A stretch of DNA of 64,000 nucleotides from Candidatus Binataceae bacterium. GTDB lineage: Bacteria > Desulfobacterota > Binatia > Binatales > Binataceae. Positions 38,589 to 47,844 of this stretch are shown piece by piece. The translations under genes were made by a program, and so were the position numbers. The stretch spans positions 10,685-74,684 of the forward strand of contig DASPOF010000027.1 in assembly GCA_035626155.1 (NCBI GenBank), given 5' to 3'. Each line of letters starts with the position of its first letter. Positions within the stretch are counted from its first letter, which is position 1. The notes under the pieces are model-generated. The model had not been told where the DNA came from. It did no database searches and saw only the letters and a program-made list of their open reading frames with translations.

Positions 38589-41105
38589 CTACTGAGTGGG
38601 TGTGTCGTGCGCCGCGGCGACCGCCCGCTCCACTACCTCCCGTTGATCGGCGGTCAGCTGCTGCGGCCCGAGCCTGTAGGTCACTTTATTGATCGTGCCG
38701 CCGAATTTGAACGGCAGCTTGTAGCTCTCATCGACAGGCGTACGGGTGTCCATCCCGATGTCGAGCGACTCGTCGATCGACATCAGGAACGGAATGGTGT
38801 GCTCCATTTTCTGTTGCGAGAGCGCCTTGCCGTCGACGCTGAGGACGCCCGTTCCGCCCTTGCCTATCCCCGGCCCGTCGTACTTGAAGTCGAACGAGAT
38901 CGTGTGCTTACCCCGCGAGAGCGACCTGCCGAGCCAATCGTGGGCGCCGACACCGCCCTCGAACCGGTAACGTTTCAGGTCGAGCAGGTTGTAGACGAAC
39001 ACGGGCTTGCCCTTGAGCAAGTACATGCCGTAGCCCCCGAACCGGCCGCCCATCGTCGCGATCATGCCCTCGGTGCCCTCCTTCGGGACCGTGATTTCGG
39101 CGGTGATCGTGTAATCCCGGTCGAGCAAGCTCGGCGCATTAGCGACCGGAATGCCGACGTTCTCGCCCGTATAGCTGAATTCCGTCCGCCCAGCAGTCCC
39201 GCTCGGTCGCGCCGTCAGCAAACGCGGAAGAACCGAGTTGTCCAGCGGGAAAACCTGATACTTGTTAGCCTCCGCGACGAACAGCGCCTGCAGCTCTTTT
39301 AACCTGTCGGGATACTTAGCCGCGAGGTCATCGTTCTGCGAGTAGTCTTGGGCTATGTTGTAGAGCTCCCACTTGTATTGCTCGACCGGCGGCAGCGGCT
39401 TCAATCCTACAAGCCATGGCGGTTCGGGTGGGGTCGTGCAGGCGTACCACCCATCGTGATAGATGCCGCGGTTGGCGAACATCTCGAAGTACTGTGTGTC
39501 GCGTTTCGACGGCACCTCGGCGTTCGCCTTGTCGAATGTGTACACCATGCTCACGCCCTCAACGGGCTTCTGCTTGATGCCGTCGACCATGTCCGGCGCC
39601 GGGATCCCGGCGGCTTCCAGGATCGTCGGCACAATGTCGATCACGTGATGAAACTGTTGGCGAATGCCGCCCGGGTCGTTGATGTGGCCCGGCCACGAGA
39701 TCACCATACCCTGCCTGGTGCCGCCGAAGTGCGAGGCGATCTGCTTCACCCATTTGAAGGGCGTGTCGAACGCCCACGCCCATGGGACCGCCATGTGGGC
39801 GTAGGTCTGGTCGGAACCCCAGGACTCATAGTAACGAAGGTATTCGACCTCCGGCAGCTCCAGGACGCCGTTGTAGACGGTCATCGTGTTCGGCGTGCCC
39901 ATCATCGACCCTTCCGAACTGGTCCCGTTGTCGCCTTCAATGTAGATGATGAGCGTGTTGTCGAGCTTGCCCATGTCCTCGACTGCCTGGATGACGCGTC
40001 CGATCTCGTAGTCGGTATACGCTGCGTAGGCCGCGAACACGTCGGCCTCGCGAATGGTGATCTTCTTCTTCACCGCGGAGAGCGAGTCCCAGTGCGGCAG
40101 ATCATCCGGCCACGGGGTGAGCTGAGTATTCGGCGGAATCACGCCGAGCCGCTTTTGGTTGGCGAAGATATTTTCGCGCAACTTCTCCCAACCCTGATCG
40201 AACAGGTGCATCGCAACGACCTTGTCGATCCATTCCTTGGTCGGCTGATGCGGAGAGTGCGTCGCGCCGGGTACGTAGTAGACGAAGAAAGGCTTTTCGG
40301 GCGCCGCCGCGTCGAGCGCCTTTATGTAGCGGATCGCGTCGTCAGCCATGTCGGTAATAAGGTTGTAGCCAGGCTTGCCGATCCATGGATAGACGGGTGT
40401 GTGGTCGCGGAAGAGGTAGGGCGTCCACTGGTCGGACTCGCCGCCCATGAAGCCGTAGAAGTACTGGAACCCCATCCCGCTCGGCCACTGGTCGAACGGC
40501 CCCGCCGCGCTGTACAGATAGGAAGGCGTGTTATGGTTCTTTCCGAACCACGCTGTTGCGTAGCCGTTGTCTGAGAGGATCCTGCCAATCGTCGCATTCT
40601 CGGGCCCGATGATCGAGTCGTAACCCGGGAAGCCGGTCGACAGTTCGCTAACCTGGCCGAAGCCGACCGCGTGGTGGTTTCGGCCAGTGATGATCGCCGC
40701 GCGCGTGGGCGAGCACAGCGCTGTGGAGTGGAACTGCGTATAGCGCAGGCCGGCCTTGGCCAGACGGTCCAGGGTCGGCGTAGGAATGACGCCGCCGAAA
40801 GTGCTACTCACGCCGTAGCCGGCATCGTCGGTCATGATCAGCAGCACGTTCGGCGCGCCCTTCGACGGCACCACCGTCGGTGGCCACCACGGCTTCGAGT
40901 CCTTGGCGTCCTCCTTGATTACACCGCCGAACGCCGGCGGGGGCGGCGGCAGTTGCTTCCCGTCGATGGTAGTCGTCGCTCCGGGGGAACCTGGTGTGCC
41001 GGTGATCTGCTGCGCCATCGCCGCGGCTGGAACCAACGCGAAAGCGCTGAGCGCCATCCGAAAAACAAGACGTGTTCTTGTGCGATAACTGCGATTCCGG
41101 TCCAT
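38589..41105 (-). CDS. Arylsulfatase (sulfatase family, Cys-type FGly site CSPTR), exported
   Basis: Signal peptide plus the sulfatase signature (LCSPTRAAIITGRNHH, GKNH). ATG at 41105 with a GGGGAGG RBS. About 838 aa. Confidence 0.85.
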   Translation of the reverse strand: MDRNRSYRTRTRLVFRMALSAFALVPAAAMAQQITGTPGSPGATTTIDGKQLPPPPPAFGGVIKEDAKDSKPWWPPTVVPSKGAPNVLLIMTDDAGYGVSSTFGGVIPTPTLDRLAKAGLRYTQFHSTALCSPTRAAIITGRNHHAVGFGQVSELSTGFPGYDSIIGPENATIGRILSDNGYATAWFGKNHNTPSYLYSAAGPFDQWPSGMGFQYFYGFMGGESDQWTPYLFRDHTPVYPWIGKPGYNLITDMADDAIRYIKALDAAAPEKPFFVYYVPGATHSPHQPTKEWIDKVVAMHLFDQGWEKLRENIFANQKRLGVIPPNTQLTPWPDDLPHWDSLSAVKKKITIREADVFAAYAAYTDYEIGRVIQAVEDMGKLDNTLIIYIEGDNGTSSEGSMMGTPNTMTVYNGVLELPEVEYLRYYESWGSDQTYAHMAVPWAWAFDTPFKWVKQIASHFGGTRQGMVISWPGHINDPGGIRQQFHHVIDIVPTILEAAGIPAPDMVDGIKQKPVEGVSMVYTFDKANAEVPSKRDTQYFEMFANRGIYHDGWYACTTPPEPPWLVGLKPLPPVEQYKWELYNIAQDYSQNDDLAAKYPDRLKELQALFVAEANKYQVFPLDNSVLPRLLTARPSGTAGRTEFSYTGENVGIPVANAPSLLDRDYTITAEITVPKEGTEGMIATMGGRFGGYGMYLLKGKPVFVYNLLDLKRYRFEGGVGAHDWLGRSLSRGKHTISFDFKYDGPGIGKGGTGVLSVDGKALSQQKMEHTIPFLMSIDESLDIGMDTRTPVDESYKLPFKFGGTINKVTYRLGPQQLTADQREVVERAVAAAHDTPTQ

Positions 41106-41683
41106 TATTGCCTCCCCACAGATTGCGGTCTGTTGTCGTCGCAACTCAGCCGTTAAGCGATCCACCTCGGCGCGGATCCTTGATCGTCTCCCACCGAGGG
41201 ACCACGGAGCCGACGGGCCCGAGCGACTATCTCGGGCGCCGCACGGTCAACTGTGTGCCTGGCGCCATAAATGGAACGACAAAGGATTGAAAATAATCGC
41301 ATGCTGCGTCAAGAGGACTCCGAATCGGTTGCAGCCGCTCACGATCCAGCTCGACGTAAGTCGCCCGCCTTCATCCCAGCGTCGCGACGAACACCGCCAA
41401 TCAGTTTTCAATCGGCAACCGGGATCAGTTTTGCACCGGCGGCAACAACGCAACGCTCGCCGTTTTTTTTCGGTCCGCGCCGAGTTCGTTTTCCGCCTGG
41501 GAACTCAGGCGGTTGGCGGCCCCGTCTAGGGTGAAATTCCCGCCGGCCTCGGACGTTTTTCCCGCCTGCGCTCAAAACCTTTTCCGGGCTCCCTCCGGCG
41601 CCTGCCCAATTAACTAAATCGTTCGAAGCGCCTATGTTGAGAGTCAGAACAAGACAGGAAATGAGTTCAGGAGGTGGACAGAA

Positions 41684-42013
41684 ATGATTAGCTACAAAGG
41701 CGGCAACCCGGCGAAAGACGGTTTCTATTGGAAGAAAGGCGAGTGGGAAATCGTGACGGTTGAGGGAGCTAACGGCAAGCTGCCGGGCGGCGCCGAATGC
41801 GAATATATCAAGGTGCCGGGCCTTCTGTTCGTCCCGGTCGCAATCGCGCTCAGCGTACCATTCGTAATTTTCCTGCCCTTCATCGGCTTCGCGATGCTGT
41901 TCGTGCTGGTCGGGAGGAAGGTGGGCGGACGCCTGGGGGTTGCTTGCCGCGCGTTGGCGGAGAGACTTGCGCATCGGCGGGCCGTGGCAACCGAGACTGC
42001 AGCACGCTATTGA
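41684..42013 (+). CDS. Small membrane protein, hypothetical
   Basis: Strong AGGAGGTGGA RBS; central TM helices. Confidence 0.5.
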   Translation: MISYKGGNPAKDGFYWKKGEWEIVTVEGANGKLPGGAECEYIKVPGLLFVPVAIALSVPFVIFLPFIGFAMLFVLVGRKVGGRLGVACRALAERLAHRRAVATETAARY

Positions 42014-42176
42014 GGGAGTTTGCGGAAGGCTTCGCAGCGGCCACCACTGCACACTTGGATCTGACGAAGCAATGTTGGCAATGCGAGGAGTTGATCGATA
42101 TCATGCGGCGGCGCAGCGTGCGGTTGCGCCGCCGCAGCCGCTTTTCTGATTCGGCTTCCCAGATCGGTACCAGGCT

Positions 42177-43010
42177 TCATCTCTTGAATGATGGCCCCTT
42201 GTAGCCCATAGCCGACGGATCCATACTAACCGCCCCTTGCAACCTCGGACCGATAGTCAGGCCACCGTCAACGATCATTGCCTGCCCGGTGATCCACTCT
42301 GATTCGTCGCTCGCCAGAAACACGACCATGTTGGCGATATCTTCAGGTTTGCCCACGCGCGGAATAGGTTGTGCGTGGCCGAACGCCTGGTCCAAAATTG
42401 CGGGATCTTCCAGTCCCGGGAACGCATTCCAGATTGAAGTGCTGATGACACCCGGACAGATGCAGTTTACCCGGATTCGATCCTCGCCAAGTTGCAACGC
42501 GGCGGCTCGAGTCAGACTTATCACCGCGCCTTTGGAAGCCGAGTACGCCGCTGCGTACCCCGTAGGCAGAAAGGCAGCCACCGACGACGTCGAAATGATT
42601 GAGCCTCCGCCGGTCTTTCGCATTGGCTCGACTGCGTATTTGATCCCGAGAAAGACCGAACGCAAAAGCACCGAGATAGTCCGATCCCAGTCCTCCGCGC
42701 TGACGGCTTCGATGGGACCGACCGCTCCCACCAGGCCGGCGTTGTTGACCATCACGTCAAGCCGCCCATATTCCTTGACCGCGCGCTCGACCACCGATTT
42801 GATCGCGGGCTCGCTCGAAACGTCGGTGTGCTGGAATACCGCTCGTCCGCCCGCCGCGGCAATCTCGCTGATGACCGCCTCGCCGCCCTGAGAGTTCAAA
42901 TCGGCCGCGACCACAGCGGCGCCCTCCCGCGCGAAGCACAACGCGGTTCCTCGCCCGATGCCGCTCGCCGCGCCGGTGATCACTGCCACTTTGCCATCCA
43001 GTCTGCCCAT
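42177..43010 (-). CDS. SDR-family oxidoreductase
   Basis: TGAASGIGRG Rossmann motif and YAASK catalytic motif. ATG at 43010. Confidence 0.85.
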   Translation of the reverse strand: MGRLDGKVAVITGAASGIGRGTALCFAREGAAVVAADLNSQGGEAVISEIAAAGGRAVFQHTDVSSEPAIKSVVERAVKEYGRLDVMVNNAGLVGAVGPIEAVSAEDWDRTISVLLRSVFLGIKYAVEPMRKTGGGSIISTSSVAAFLPTGYAAAYSASKGAVISLTRAAALQLGEDRIRVNCICPGVISTSIWNAFPGLEDPAILDQAFGHAQPIPRVGKPEDIANMVVFLASDESEWITGQAMIVDGGLTIGPRLQGAVSMDPSAMGYKGPSFKR

Positions 43011-43225
43011 GATTTTCTCCCGTTGTCGCCAGCTACGTGCCTGGTCCCAACTACCACAAGATCGCCCCGTCTCTGAACCGCGTCGATGGTCAAAGCTGGC
43101 AGGCTGGTGATGAATCACAGCGCATGCTTCGCGAGCCGGCCGCCGGTGTTCACGAGCCGCTGCTGCGGGCTGGTCAGCGACCAGTTGGCGATCGCCCTGG
43201 CGAGCGTCACCCGCGCGGCCGTTCC

Positions 43226-43882
43226 TCAGCTCTCAACCCGAATCACGCCCTGTTTGATGGCAAACTTAATCAGATCGGTTCGGCTGTGAAGGTCGAGCTT
43301 CTCCATCACGTGATCGCGATGTGACATCGCGGTCTTCACGCTGACACCGAGGAACTCCGCGACTTCCTTGTTGCTGTGTCCGAGCGCCACCAGCCTCAAG
43401 ACCTGCTTTTCGCGGTCGGTCAGCGTCTCGTAAGGATCGTCCTTCCCGGGTCCCGGCGCCTGTGGCGCATGTTGCATCGCTTCTCTTGCGATCTGCGGAT
43501 CGAGCACGAGGCCGCCCTTTGTGACGGAGCGAATCGCGGCGGCCAACTCTGAGCCGAGCATTCGCTTGAGCACGTACCCCGCAACTCCGGCCTTGAGAAA
43601 GCGCTGGATATACTCGCGATCTTCGTACTGGGTCAGCACCAATACCTGGGTCTTGGGCACTTCGCGCCTGAGTTCCAGCGTCGCCTCGAGCCCTCCCAGG
43701 CCGGGCATCGCGATGTCCATCAGGACCACGTCGGGCTTGAGCCGCTGGCATCGATCGACCGCCTCGCGGCCGTTGGTCGCCTCGCCGACAACCTCGATGT
43801 CATCGGCCAGGCTGAGCAACGCCTTTATTCCGTCACGCATCAGCGCGTGATCGTCGGCGACTACGACTCGAATCTTGGCCAT
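43226..43882 (-). CDS. LuxR/NarL-family response regulator
   Basis: REC domain (VVLMDIAMPGLGG) and C-terminal LuxR HTH (LTDREKQVLRLVALGHSNKEVAEFLGVSVKTAMSH). Confidence 0.9.
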   Translation of the reverse strand: MAKIRVVVADDHALMRDGIKALLSLADDIEVVGEATNGREAVDRCQRLKPDVVLMDIAMPGLGGLEATLELRREVPKTQVLVLTQYEDREYIQRFLKAGVAGYVLKRMLGSELAAAIRSVTKGGLVLDPQIAREAMQHAPQAPGPGKDDPYETLTDREKQVLRLVALGHSNKEVAEFLGVSVKTAMSHRDHVMEKLDLHSRTDLIKFAIKQGVIRVES

Positions 43883-43884
43883 GG

Positions 43885-45747
43885 TTATGCCGCAAGCGGC
43901 ACCGTCAGCAAAACTCTCGTGCCCTGGCCCGGCGCGGACTCGATAACTGCGCTGCCGCCCAGTAGTTCGAGCCTCTCCCGTATGCCGGCCAGCCCCAGCC
44001 CTCGTCCATCGACTGCGGTGGCGGAAATGGCCGCTGGATCGAAGCCCTCGCCATCATCCTCAATCTCTACTGTAACAGCGCGCGGCCCGAGTGCACACTG
44101 GATGAGGACGCTCTTCGCCTCGGCGTGCTTGACGATGTTGGTAATCACTTCCTGAACGGCTCGAAACAGGGCGGTCTCGACCTCGGCCGGGACGCGCCCG
44201 CCGACCTCATCGAATTCACAACGCACCGACACGCCGCGCCGCTTCAAGTCGCGCTCTGCGTACCATCGGATTGCAGGGAAGAGCCCGAGGTCGTCGAGCA
44301 TCGAGGGCCGCAGGTCGAAGCTCATCCGGTGAATCCCGTCGAGCGTCTTGATCGCGAGCGCCCGCACATCCTGGAGGCGATCGCTCGAGGTTCCCGGCGG
44401 CAGCGTCGCCATCGCGGTGTCCAGCCCGAGCGCGAGCGTGCCGATTAACTGGCTGGTCTCGTCGTGAAGCTCGCGCGCGATACGCCGGCGCTCGTCTTCC
44501 TGGGCGCCGATGAGCTTTTGGAGGAGCCTGGCCCTCAGTTCGTCGCGCTGCTTGAGTTCCTGGTAGAGCCGATCGATTTCGCGGGTGCGCTCCTCGACCC
44601 GCAGCTCGAGCTGGTCGCGCGCGCGCGCCACATCCTCGAGCGATTGCCGGAGCGCAACCCGCATCCGCTCGAGCGCCGCCCCGAGCCGTCCGACCTCGTC
44701 CGCGCCGAGCTCGGGAATCGGGGTCTTGAGCTCGCCGGCGGCGATCCGCCCGGCCGTCCGGGTCAGCAATGAAAGCGGCGCCGTGATACTGGCGGCGGCT
44801 CCCAAGGCAAACAACAGCGACAGCAGCGCGAGCGCGGGAGCCCCGGCAAGAATCTTCCAGCGCAAAGCAGTCGCGGTCGAAAACGCCCGCTCCTCGGGCT
44901 GGTGGATGCTCATCCCCCACGGCACCCGGCGCGACAGCGGCGCAAACGCCATCACCTCGTTGACCCGGACGTTCACCTGTCCGCGCTCGTGACATCCGTG
45001 ACAGGTGCCGGCCGTCTGCGCCTGCCGCTTGATGAGCGCCTCGAGAAAATGACGATGGTCGCTCTCGGTGTAGAGCTGGTCGGCCGCGGTGCTGGCGATC
45101 ACGATGCCGTTCTGATCCATGAGGTCAACGGCCTCGTCCGGGTCGAGCGGCACGAAATTCAGCAGCGCGCGAAACGACGCGCTTTCCGGCTCGATCTCTC
45201 CACCGACCAGGCCGGCTACGCGGCTTTGCAGGTCTTTGACTGGTATGAGGAGAAAGAGCCGATGCGCGCCGCCGGGGAGAAGCGAAAGCGCCGAGACTTC
45301 CGGCACACCCTTCTCGAGCGCTTCCCTGAAGGCGGGAAGTTCCTTCCACGCGGGATCGAAGCCGGGACCGGTTGCGGGTTCCGCCTCGATCAGACGGCCG
45401 CTCCTGCCGAGCAGGAATACCTGTGAGAGGAGCCGGGAGCGAAGGTATGCCTCTCTGAGAGTGCCCGGCGGTATCGACGGATCGCCGGCCGCGCCGACGC
45501 CCACGATGGGCGCGATCGCCTCCAGCAGCTCGAGCTGCGAATTCACCACCGAATCGGCGTGCGCGGCCATGCTGACCGCCAGATGTTGGCGCTCGGCCAG
45601 CACCTGGTTTTCGAGCGAATGCACGCTCGACCAGCTCAGCCAGCCGAGCAGCACGGTGGGGCCGAGCGTCCCCGCCATCGTGAGAAGCACGATCCGGGTG
45701 CGAAGACCGCTGCGGCGCGCGCTCTGCCTAACGGTGGCTGTTGCCAT
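43885..45747 (-). CDS. Sensor histidine kinase (HisKA_3/HATPase) with a CXXCH haem-c motif in its periplasmic domain
   Basis: TM1 at about residues 17-40 and TM2 at about 300-325. CHGCH at about residue 245 lies between them. HisKA_3 H-box (RIARELHDETSQ) and HATPase (GRGLGLAGIRER). Confidence 0.85.
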   Translation of the reverse strand: MATATVRQSARRSGLRTRIVLLTMAGTLGPTVLLGWLSWSSVHSLENQVLAERQHLAVSMAAHADSVVNSQLELLEAIAPIVGVGAAGDPSIPPGTLREAYLRSRLLSQVFLLGRSGRLIEAEPATGPGFDPAWKELPAFREALEKGVPEVSALSLLPGGAHRLFLLIPVKDLQSRVAGLVGGEIEPESASFRALLNFVPLDPDEAVDLMDQNGIVIASTAADQLYTESDHRHFLEALIKRQAQTAGTCHGCHERGQVNVRVNEVMAFAPLSRRVPWGMSIHQPEERAFSTATALRWKILAGAPALALLSLLFALGAAASITAPLSLLTRTAGRIAAGELKTPIPELGADEVGRLGAALERMRVALRQSLEDVARARDQLELRVEERTREIDRLYQELKQRDELRARLLQKLIGAQEDERRRIARELHDETSQLIGTLALGLDTAMATLPPGTSSDRLQDVRALAIKTLDGIHRMSFDLRPSMLDDLGLFPAIRWYAERDLKRRGVSVRCEFDEVGGRVPAEVETALFRAVQEVITNIVKHAEAKSVLIQCALGPRAVTVEIEDDGEGFDPAAISATAVDGRGLGLAGIRERLELLGGSAVIESAPGQGTRVLLTVPLAA

Positions 45748-45857
45748 TGTCCCGTATCACCGCCATCGGGGCAGCGCCGCCGGCGGCAGGGTGATTGTCT
45801 GACCGATCACGCGCGAGAGGCGGTGACATACTTGCGCCGGCCGCCGGCGTATCGCGC

Positions 45858-46559
45858 TTAAGCCTGGGAGTGCGCCCGTTTCTCGCGTTCGGCGCTGGCG
45901 CGCATCCGTTCGTACTCGAGCGGATGTTCCTTTTCCATGCGCTCATGGCTCACCTTTCCCGTGAAAATGCCGACATCGAAGGGAAATACATCCGGCGATA
46001 GATGAGCGTTGTAGATGTGCCACGTGATCACGATCAGAAAAGCCAACAGCCCCTCGTTGCTGTGCGCGGTGCGGGCCGCCGGGATGAACTCGCCGGGCAA
46101 AAAGCGCGTCGTCAAAACCGGAAAGAACAGCATGAGCCCGGTCACGATCATCAGCAGTGAGCCGACCACCATTCCCCAGTACTCGAACTTCTGCCGGTAG
46201 TCGTAACGGTCGAAGCGCGCCTGCTCGTCGGACACCCGCAAGTAGTAGCGCATCATCATCACCGCATCGCGAAAATCCTTGCGCGTTATGACCATCGACG
46301 GGCTCGTCCGTTTCGAAATCACGAGTACGAGCGCTGCCGCAATGTGGGCGGCGACAACCGCGGCAAACAGGATTCCCGCGCCGCGATGCACCCATCGCAC
46401 GCGATGGATCCCTCCCATCGCCGCGATCACCCACTGCGCCCATTGCGCCTCGAAAAATTTCTGCGCAAGCCCGCTCAGCCCCAGCACCACGAACAGCAGC
46501 ATCACGAACAAATGCTCGATCCGCTGCCTGACGGAAAACCGGATTACATACTCATTCAT
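45858..46559 (-). CDS. Dihaem b-type cytochrome (paralog of 37569-38417)
   Basis: ATG at 46559 (MNEYVIRFSVRQRIEHL), same His pattern as its paralog. ATGA overlap with the upstream 9-haem cytochrome. Confidence 0.75.
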   Translation of the reverse strand: MNEYVIRFSVRQRIEHLFVMLLFVVLGLSGLAQKFFEAQWAQWVIAAMGGIHRVRWVHRGAGILFAAVVAAHIAAALVLVISKRTSPSMVITRKDFRDAVMMMRYYLRVSDEQARFDRYDYRQKFEYWGMVVGSLLMIVTGLMLFFPVLTTRFLPGEFIPAARTAHSNEGLLAFLIVITWHIYNAHLSPDVFPFDVGIFTGKVSHERMEKEHPLEYERMRASAEREKRAHSQA

Positions 46560-47620
46560 CGGTTCACCACTACGCGCCATAGATGCAGGAGAATCTGAAG
46601 CACCAATCCGCCGATCACGAACGGGATGAAGATTATGTAGAAAATCTTGACCGCGTACACCAACGGCGCATGCCGCGGGCTCGCCTCGTAGTGCCCAATC
46701 CACGCGGATGGAAAGTTGGGGCCGGCCCCCGCATGGCAGCGCCGGCAGACCGTGAGCAGGTTCGCCTTGATCACCGCCGTGCTAAGCCCTTCGACCCGGC
46801 TGATGTCATGCACGCCGTGGCAGTCCGTGCAGGTTGCGGTGAACTCGCGCGGGTCGGTTTTCTCGTAGCGCTCCATCGAAACCGTCATCCCGTGGAAGTC
46901 GGTCAGGTAAGTCGTAAGCACCTGGGTCGAAATCCCGTACTTCGCCATCATCTCCTTGTTCGTATGGCATCGTGCGCACAGTTGCGGGATGCCCAAATGC
47001 CACGAGGCCGACGTCGGATTGGTATTGTCGTGCGGATGATGGCAGTCGGTGCAGACCGGGACGTCGCCGTTGTCCTCCTCGAGCAACGCCTTGCCGTGGA
47101 CGCTTTTGACGTATGCCGCGGCGATCGCGGAATGGCACTTCGCGCAGGTGCGTGAAGTCAGCGCGCGCGGCCGGGCCGGCGGCGTAATCGCGTGCGAACC
47201 GTGACAATCGACGCAGGTCGGAGCGCCCTGGTTGCCCTTGGAAATCTCGGCGTAGTGAACGCCGTCGAGCAGCCTGCTGTACTCCGGAAAATGGCACTGC
47301 TTGCACAGCTCGTAGTACGCCAGCCGCATCGCGTGCCGGTTCTGGAACAGCTTCGGCGGATGGGGGACCGTCGTGATGTCGGAATGACAGTCGGTGCAGG
47401 CAAGCTTCCCGCCATGGACCGAATGGGCGAAGCCCTGCGCGTCCACGTAAAGCGAAAGCTTCTCACCATCGCCCAGCTTGGCCGCAAAGGCCTGATTGCC
47501 GTGGCAAGCCATGCAGGTGGCATTGGAAGGAGGGTCGGATGCGGCCGCCGCGCGCTGCCCTCCTGCGAGGGCGACGATGGCGCCGGCCGCCACCATTAAC
47601 AACGCTAATCTTTGCCCCAT
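46556..47620 (-). CDS. 9-haem c-type cytochrome with signal peptide and C-terminal TM anchor
   Basis: 9 CXXCH motifs and a C-terminal TM helix (FYIIFIPFVIGGLVLQILL). Confidence 0.8.
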   Translation of the reverse strand: MGQRLALLMVAAGAIVALAGGQRAAAASDPPSNATCMACHGNQAFAAKLGDGEKLSLYVDAQGFAHSVHGGKLACTDCHSDITTVPHPPKLFQNRHAMRLAYYELCKQCHFPEYSRLLDGVHYAEISKGNQGAPTCVDCHGSHAITPPARPRALTSRTCAKCHSAIAAAYVKSVHGKALLEEDNGDVPVCTDCHHPHDNTNPTSASWHLGIPQLCARCHTNKEMMAKYGISTQVLTTYLTDFHGMTVSMERYEKTDPREFTATCTDCHGVHDISRVEGLSTAVIKANLLTVCRRCHAGAGPNFPSAWIGHYEASPRHAPLVYAVKIFYIIFIPFVIGGLVLQILLHLWRVVVNR

Positions 47621-47844
47621 TGACGCATTAGAATATCATCACGAATGGGACGAGACTAACCCCGCAAATGGCGCAAATCGCTACATTTTCCAGACTCTGA
47701 AGTTCGCAGGCCCATCTCTCTCGCGGATCGCGCCCGCCACGATTCCTTCCGCGCCGCCGCCGTTGGGCGTATGCTGCGGTCGCGGTCGCGTCGGTCTCTT
47801 GTTAGGGCCTAAGTTGTGGCTCAAGGGAGGCGAAGGAGAAACCG

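Noticed and set aside
41400-41480. Possible intrinsic terminator (weak stem plus T8) in the sulfatase upstream region.
   Set aside because: The stem is only about 5 bp with a long loop, and there is no gene upstream on that strand to terminate. Kept only as part of the leader observation.
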